Origin: a virus
IMG/VR virus record: IMGVR_UViG_3300035701_000003
Direction: 5' to 3' (one strand)
DNA: 64,000 bases
The notes under the pieces were generated by a model. It was not told the origin of the DNA. It searched no databases and was given only the letters and a program-made list of their open reading frames with translations. Shown here piece after piece: positions 58,481 through 64,000 of this stretch (positions are counted from its first letter, which is position 1; each line of letters opens with the position of its first letter). The position numbers and the translations under genes are program-made.

Positions 58481-59548
58481 TTGTTTTGGCGCTCCGAAAA
58501 TGAAATAACAGAAGAATTTGTTAAACTCTTCCAAAGAATCTTACGCTATCAGTTAACATGGACTAACGATGACTTTAGAATAGTTTCTTTAGAAGATGCT
58601 ACTCCTAAGGTATACGAAAAGTTTTTTGAAGATAATGAAAGATACCCTTCTGTAACTATCGGCGGCGGCGGTTTTACTAGAACTAGTCAAGCTATAAACA
58701 GTATGATTGGAAATTTCCAACACGCTATAACCTATTTTGGTACCAGAGGATTAGCTTTAGGTCTAGTAGATTACGAACATACTATAGCGGCTGCTGTACC
58801 CTCTGATGTGCTTACCACTGATATATTAAGCGGTATCGAAGTGTACTTGATTCCTTTTACTTTAGGCCAAAATGAGGATTCTTTAAACCTACATTTATAT
58901 AGAAACTACCAAACTACCCCTACTCTTATATCCAGCGCTTCTATAAACAAGATTCAGATTGCTATATATAAGAATTACTATTCTGAATTTTATCCTCAAG
59001 TGACTTTAACAGATAGTGACTATTGGGTAGTTTTTTCTACAAACACAGATAATAGTTACTACATAGGTATTGATACTACTGTTAATAATGTATTCGCCTA
59101 TTCTGGTACTAGAACCTCTGGAAGTATACATGGTTCTTTATATACACCTCCCGCTATAAGATTAGGCGGTGCTATCGAAGGTACTCTTACTATTAGATGC
59201 GCTGATAAAAACTCCACACAACGCCCAAGAGAAATTCTCGATATCTTAGCTAATTATACTGAGTTACTTAAACAATCTCAATTAACGAGAAATTCTGGAA
59301 CTAATATTACTACTTTAGCTTTAGCTGGGGAGGCTTTTACCGATGAATGGCTAGCTAAGGATATACGTATAAAGAATATAAGGCAAGGCGCTGGTATAGA
59401 ACGTAAACGTGGGGAAAACGATACTATATTTATTTTTGAATTAATAGTGGAATACTACGGGGAATGGCATGAGGATTATACTCAAGATACTCTTAAGGAT
59501 ATAGAAGTAGAACTTTTACCATTTACTCCTATTATTTACGGAGAATAA
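58481..59548 (+). CDS. Tail completion/neck protein (probable)
   Basis: E.YPSVTI motif; morphogenesis context; TTG start. Confidence 0.5.
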   Translation: MFWRSENEITEEFVKLFQRILRYQLTWTNDDFRIVSLEDATPKVYEKFFEDNERYPSVTIGGGGFTRTSQAINSMIGNFQHAITYFGTRGLALGLVDYEHTIAAAVPSDVLTTDILSGIEVYLIPFTLGQNEDSLNLHLYRNYQTTPTLISSASINKIQIAIYKNYYSEFYPQVTLTDSDYWVVFSTNTDNSYYIGIDTTVNNVFAYSGTRTSGSIHGSLYTPPAIRLGGAIEGTLTIRCADKNSTQRPREILDILANYTELLKQSQLTRNSGTNITTLALAGEAFTDEWLAKDIRIKNIRQGAGIERKRGENDTIFIFELIVEYYGEWHEDYTQDTLKDIEVELLPFTPIIYGE

Positions 59549-59555
59549 TTTAATT

Positions 59556-60704
59556 ATGCTTTTTAAGAGAAAATTTCCATCTGATATAAGATCTTCCACT
59601 GTTCAAAGAGATTTTAGTAGTTACTTACGCATTGGAGTAGTAGACCAAGTATACCCCGAAAGAGGAGTTTGTACTTTGAGATGGTTAGATAAACCAGGTT
59701 ACAGAGCCGAAGTTTTAATTACACAAGCTTCTCCAAAGTCTTGGGAGATTCCTGAAAAAGGTTCTGTAGTACTTGTAGGTTTCGATCCTTACGAAAGAGC
59801 GCGTATATTAAGATACATAAACTTAGGGCACGAAGAACGCATGCGAGAGATTAAGAGTTTACCTAAGATGAAGGAGGGGGAGAAATTATGGGAAGTAGGG
59901 GGAAGTTACTTTTATCTAAAACGCAATGGAGACGTTGTTATAAGTACCGCGAATCAAGGATACTTTCTTATAGAGAATAGCACGAGTACTTTTAAGAGTG
60001 AATCTGTTAACTGGAAAGTAACTACCGATGGCGGTATAATGTATAAAGGTATCATAAAGAGGTTTACAGATAACGGAGATGGTACTAAAAGTAACGAAGA
60101 AATTACTAATTTAGCAGGGGATAATCTTACTGAATTTCGATTAAGGTTAGTAGAAACCGCCGATGGTACTTTAGGTTTAAAAGGAATAGAAGATCCTTTT
60201 ATAGATTTAGTGATGGGAACTTATGTGGATGCCGATGGGAATATAGTGAATAAAAAGGATTCGCCTACTATAAATAATAATAAAGAAATTGCAGTTCGAA
60301 TCGTCCTAAAAAGCGGTATAAAACTGTTTATAGACAAAGAAGGAAGGTTGTCTATTGAAGGGGCTAAATTGAATATCAATAAAGCCAAAGTAGACGTTGA
60401 TGATCTAGATATTGCAGAAGGATTAGAAGAGAACGATTCTAGTTTAGGAACTAAAGGACAACATGTGGCTAGAGAACATGATGAAATAACTATTCCTATT
60501 TCTACAGCTTTTGTCGATGAGGAACATAGTGAGACTGTAAGTGTGAGTCCTGATAATATACAGGTATTGACTACTTTAGCTTCTGCTATTATGTCCCCAG
60601 CTGGACCCTGTACTTTGAATCCTGCTCTTTTATCAGATCCTTCCCTAAAATTAAAGGGTATTATTACCCAAGGGTCCTCTAATGTTTTAATAGGAGACGA
60701 ATAA
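59556..60704 (+). CDS. Baseplate spike/hub-like protein (gpV/gp5 N-terminal OB-like)
   Basis: RIGVVDQVYPERG...W...PEKGSVVLVGF. Confidence 0.6.
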   Translation: MLFKRKFPSDIRSSTVQRDFSSYLRIGVVDQVYPERGVCTLRWLDKPGYRAEVLITQASPKSWEIPEKGSVVLVGFDPYERARILRYINLGHEERMREIKSLPKMKEGEKLWEVGGSYFYLKRNGDVVISTANQGYFLIENSTSTFKSESVNWKVTTDGGIMYKGIIKRFTDNGDGTKSNEEITNLAGDNLTEFRLRLVETADGTLGLKGIEDPFIDLVMGTYVDADGNIVNKKDSPTINNNKEIAVRIVLKSGIKLFIDKEGRLSIEGAKLNINKAKVDVDDLDIAEGLEENDSSLGTKGQHVAREHDEITIPISTAFVDEEHSETVSVSPDNIQVLTTLASAIMSPAGPCTLNPALLSDPSLKLKGIITQGSSNVLIGDE

Positions 60705-60705
60705 A

Positions 60706-61158
60706 ATGAAAAATTGGAGAGAAGTACTTTTAAAATTGAGTTGGATCACCCAACCCTCTTTTTTTGATCAATCTTTTAATCATAATGAGTTTAGTAAACT
60801 TTTAAGAGATCTTTTAACAGAAGAAGGGCAATTTATTAGAGATAATAAAATTTATATTTACCCCGATCCTAATAGAATTAGCTTTGTATTCTACCCCGTG
60901 AAGACGGTATCCCACTTTATTTCTTGTAGAGTGTCCTTATATACGGCGTCTGTAAGAAGTAAACAACCTATGGATTATGTGGCTCAAGTAAGTTATCAAT
61001 ATAAAGGTTCTATTAAAGAAAAATTTGAAGGCGTTATTACTGATATAAATAGCGTAAGAGATATAGTTTCTAAAATGATTTCTCTTATTGAGAAAATTAA
61101 TTCTGAACTAGACATAAGGGATAATTCTGAACTAGACAGAAGGGAGGGTCGGTGGTAG
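60706..61158 (+). CDS. Single-unit linker-motif protein
   Basis: Begins MKNWREVLLKLSWITQP. Confidence 0.65.
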   Translation: MKNWREVLLKLSWITQPSFFDQSFNHNEFSKLLRDLLTEEGQFIRDNKIYIYPDPNRISFVFYPVKTVSHFISCRVSLYTASVRSKQPMDYVAQVSYQYKGSIKEKFEGVITDINSVRDIVSKMISLIEKINSELDIRDNSELDRREGRW

Positions 61159-61231
61159 ATATAATTATAGCCTTTAACGTAGATACTTTAACAGAAGGGG
61201 CAGAAAACACCCTTATAGGAGACGAGTAATT

Positions 61232-61567
61232 ATGGCACTTAGTGCAAGTAATTTAGCGAGTAATATAGTAACCGCTCTTTTGGATCTTCCCGTAGACCCT
61301 GCCAATCTTGAAGGTCCTAAATATTATACTGTAATGGCGGGTACTAATCCAAATCAAATAGACGTCCTGACTCAAACCTTCGAGGCACTAATAACAGAAT
61401 TGGTTGATTATATTATAGCAAACGCTGTTGTAACTGTATCTATGGCTACTCATACACATTCTGGTGTTACTACAGGGCCTGGTATTTCCGGACCACCTGT
61501 TCCTGGTACTGTTGAAACCGGAGACCCCGCCGCTATCCCTCCAATTATGCCAGGAGGAATTACTTAA
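61232..61567 (+). CDS. Small virion protein (spike-tip-like HxH)
   Basis: THTHSGV motif; GGAG RBS. Confidence 0.55.
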   Translation: MALSASNLASNIVTALLDLPVDPANLEGPKYYTVMAGTNPNQIDVLTQTFEALITELVDYIIANAVVTVSMATHTHSGVTTGPGISGPPVPGTVETGDPAAIPPIMPGGIT

Positions 61568-61623
61568 GATGTCTCTTAGTAGACGAATATATCTGCAAAC
61601 TAAAAGAGAAGAGGCTTACATAA

Positions 61624-62598
61624 ATGGTTGATGTTTTCAGTTGGCATGGATATGATACGGGTTTAGGAATTAATTCTAAACACATAGATTACATAAAAGA
61701 AAGTAATGTAGTTCAGAGTAGGATTTCCTCTACCCGCTGCTATTTACTACGTAGGAAATATTCGGGTGAGCAACACGGTACCGATATTAGTAGATTGCCA
61801 GTATATACTTATGTAGAAACTTCTCCTAATTATAGAGCCCAAATTTGGCCCTCTGGTTCTTTACAGCATCCAGATCTTAACCCCGAAGCTCATAGTAGAG
61901 AAGGGCACATACAAGTTTATATAGATAACGTTTTGGGTTCTAGAGTATTAGCCACAGCAGATCTTTTGGTTGATAATGATTACTGCGTAGTGAAAAGACA
62001 AGATAGAAGTGATGGTAGAGTAGAGATAATATTTAATAAAGATTTTAATCCTACTCTACATACTGTTGAATTAATATATTCTGATATGAATGTTGGAGTT
62101 AATCCAGCTTTTCTTAAAAGAGGCGATTCTGAAAATCAATCTTTACACGGTTGGTTACAATACACTGATAATTGTTACGACAACTATCAAGGGCGGCATC
62201 AGATTTTAGTAAGAATGCCCTTGACTACTAAAGATTTAGTAGTGAATGAAGAAGGTAGAGTAACTTTAGAAGAAAACGAATCTTGGATGATTTGGACACC
62301 TTACGTGAAAGATTTCGACGTTGTGGTAGTTCCTTCTTCAGAGTCTCCTAATGGTAGAGAGATGCGATTTGAAATCGTCAACAAGAAAGATAGCGTTATA
62401 CAAAGTAATTTAGTAAGCCAGAGATTTAAGTTGAAATATCTCGAAACTAGTGATGTTAGATATAAATTAGCTATTTATACTAGTGATACTACCGTAGAAT
62501 CCTTAGTTAGAGAGATCGATGTTACGTTGTGGAGATATATAGCAAGCGATCTTATTTATGATAGCGACTATGGCGTTTATATTTCAGAAGAACATTAA
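61624..62598 (+). CDS. Virion structural protein (head closure/neck-like)
   Basis: W..WTP...DFDVVV...RFEI motif; structural context. Confidence 0.5.
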   Translation: MVDVFSWHGYDTGLGINSKHIDYIKESNVVQSRISSTRCYLLRRKYSGEQHGTDISRLPVYTYVETSPNYRAQIWPSGSLQHPDLNPEAHSREGHIQVYIDNVLGSRVLATADLLVDNDYCVVKRQDRSDGRVEIIFNKDFNPTLHTVELIYSDMNVGVNPAFLKRGDSENQSLHGWLQYTDNCYDNYQGRHQILVRMPLTTKDLVVNEEGRVTLEENESWMIWTPYVKDFDVVVVPSSESPNGREMRFEIVNKKDSVIQSNLVSQRFKLKYLETSDVRYKLAIYTSDTTVESLVREIDVTLWRYIASDLIYDSDYGVYISEEH

Positions 62599-62610
62599 AG
62601 TTTATAATAA

Positions 62611-64000
62611 ATGATTCAGAAGCGAATTCCCGTATTAGAAACTTTTTCTTTTCAACCGCCTGTTAAAGGTAGGAGAAGTTCTTCTCCCGTTTCTCCTCTT
62701 AAAGGAGATCGTTATATTATAATATCTCCAGCTAGAGATAAATGGTATAGTAAAACTACTTGTATAACTTATTGTACCAACCCCTCTGGGCCTGTTTGGG
62801 CTTTTGATACCCCCAGAGAAGGTTGGTTGGTTTGGGTAGATGATGAAGATGTATTTTATTCTTTTAATGGTACTTCTTGGGTTAAATTTGAAACTGGAGG
62901 AGGGATTGGAAGTACAGGTCCTACTGGTTATACAGGTTATGCTGGAACTGATTCAATAGTAACAGGTCCTACTGGTTATACAGGTTATACTGGTCCTAAT
63001 ATAACTGGTCCTACTGGATACACTGGTTATATAGGATATACAGGAGCTAATTCAACAGTAACTGGTCCTACTGGTTATACAGGTTATACTGGTCCTAATA
63101 TTACAGGTTATACTGGTTATACAGGTTATACTGGAGCAAATTCAACTGTAACAGGTCCTACTGGATATACTGGTTATACAGGTTATACTGGAGCTAATTC
63201 AACAGTAACTGGTCCTACTGGTTATACAGGTTATACTGGTCCTAATATTACAGGTTATACTGGTTACACTGGTTATACTGGAGCTAATTCAACAGTAACA
63301 GGTCCTACTGGTTACACTGGTTACACAGGTCCTAATATAACTGGTTATACAGGTTACACTGGTCCTACTGGTTATACAGGTTATACTGGTCCTAATATAA
63401 CTGGTTATACAGGTTATACTGGTTATACTGGAGCTAATTCAACAGTAACTGGTCCTACTGGTTATACAGGTTATACTGGTTATACAGGTTATACTGGTCC
63501 TAATATAACTGGTTATACAGGTTATACTGGTTATACTGGAGCTAATTCAACAGTAACTGGTCCTACTGGATATACTGGTTATACTGGTCCTGCAAGTACT
63601 GTTACAGGTCCTACTGGATATACTGGATATACTGGATATACTGGTCCTATTGGTCTTCCTGGCGCTGGGATTGATTGGCAGGGAGCGTGGCAGGATTCCC
63701 CCACATCCTATTCTATAGATCAGGCTGTTTCTTATCAAGGTTCTTCTTATATTTCAAAGCAAAATCTTAATGTAGGACATTTACCTACAGATACAGGTTG
63801 GTGGGATGTTTGGGTGGCTATAGGTCCTACTGGTTATACAGGTTATACTGGTTATACAGGTTATACTGGAGCAAATTCAACTGTAACAGGTCCTACTGGA
63901 TATACTGGTTATACAGGTTATACTGGAGCTAATTCAACAGTAACTGGTCCTACTGGTTATACAGGTTATACTGGTCCTAATATTACAGGTTATACTGGTT
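62611..64000 (+). CDS. Collagen-like fibre protein (DUF2793-like N-terminus, Gly-Tyr-Thr/Gly-Pro-Thr repeats, CBM5/12-like insert), 3' truncated; not in ORF track
   Basis: Open from ATG 62611 to the window end: GDRYII...[15 protein letters not shown]; (GYT/GPT)n; WQGAW...Y...V.YQGSSY...P.DTGWW. Confidence 0.88.
   Translation, partial: MIQKRIPVLETFSFQPPVKGRRSSSPVSPLKGDRYIIISPARDKWYSKTTCITYCTNPSGPVWAFDTPREGWLVWVDDEDVFYSFNGTSWVKFETGGGIGSTGPTGYTGYAGTDSIVTGPTGYTGYTGPNITGPTGYTGYIGYTGANSTVTGPTGYTGYTGPNITGYTGYTGYTGANSTVTGPTGYTGYTGYTGANSTVTGPTGYTGYTGPNITGYTGYTGYTGANSTVTGPTGYTGYTGPNITGYTGYTGPTGYTGYTGPNITGYTGYTGYTGANSTVTGPTGYTGYTGYTGYTGPNITGYTGYTGYTGANSTVTGPTGYTGYTGPASTVTGPTGYTGYTGYTGPIGLPGAGIDWQGAWQDSPTSYSIDQAVSYQGSSYISKQNLNVGHLPTDTGWWDVWVAIGPTGYTGYTGYTGYTGANSTVTGPTGYTGYTGYTGANSTVTGPTGYTGYTGPNITGYTG
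62910..64000 (+). repeat. 9-bp-period collagen-coding tandem repeats
   Basis: actggttat/acaggttat/actggtcct units with recurring ggagctaattcaacagta and cctaatata spacers. Confidence 0.9.

Noticed and set aside
3605-63738. Minus-strand ORFs in the track (for example 8431, 33945, 49685, 52061, 63547)
   Set aside because: All antisense to well-supported + strand genes, with no recognisable motifs
1-64000. Stop-codon reassignment
   Set aside because: Genes read long and tightly packed in the standard code and end in TAA, TGA and TAG; apparent breaks are explained by introns or one microsatellite
1-64000. tRNA or rRNA genes
   Set aside because: No convincing T-loop or cloverleaf noticed by eye; tRNAscan-SE not run

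Overview
AT-rich (roughly one-third GC by eye) segment of a large tailed dsDNA phage genome; every credible gene is on the + strand. Layout: (1) 1-5 kb, two paralogous beta-helix (pectin-lyase-like) genes; (2) 5-13.7 kb, modular ORFs plus small and large terminase, the latter split in its Walker A motif by a mini-intein; (3) 13.9-28.1 kb, accessory block (DenV-like glycosylase, GHKL ATPase-HExxH fusion, GT-C glycosyltransferase, SLT-like protein, dNMP kinase, many small ORFs) with three copies of an intergenic 13-mer, CGTGTATATTATA; (4) 28.3-56.3 kb, head module (large modular proteins, portal, prohead protease, scaffold, decoration protein, and a major capsid gene split by two group I introns that the ORF track truncates); (5) 56.4-64 kb, neck/baseplate genes and a collagen-like fibre running off the window end. 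Main candidate novel system: a peptide linker, S-S-L-K-(L/F)-(S/G/A)-W-Q-x-Q-P-E, occurs about 27 times in strict [KH][LF][SGA]W form (about 45 with variants; manual count) in about nine ORFs. It delimits domains: Doc toxin, pyrophosphatase, HAD phosphatase, SAM methyltransferase, metallopeptidase, LRR and SH3-like units. Some units are duplicated or recombined between genes with breakpoints at the linker, and several of these ORFs begin with an M-K-N-W-R-x-(I/V)-L leader. I infer a shuffled library of capsid-packaged effector cassettes released by the prohead protease. All family assignments come from motif recognition, not database searches; sub-gene coordinates are hand-counted.
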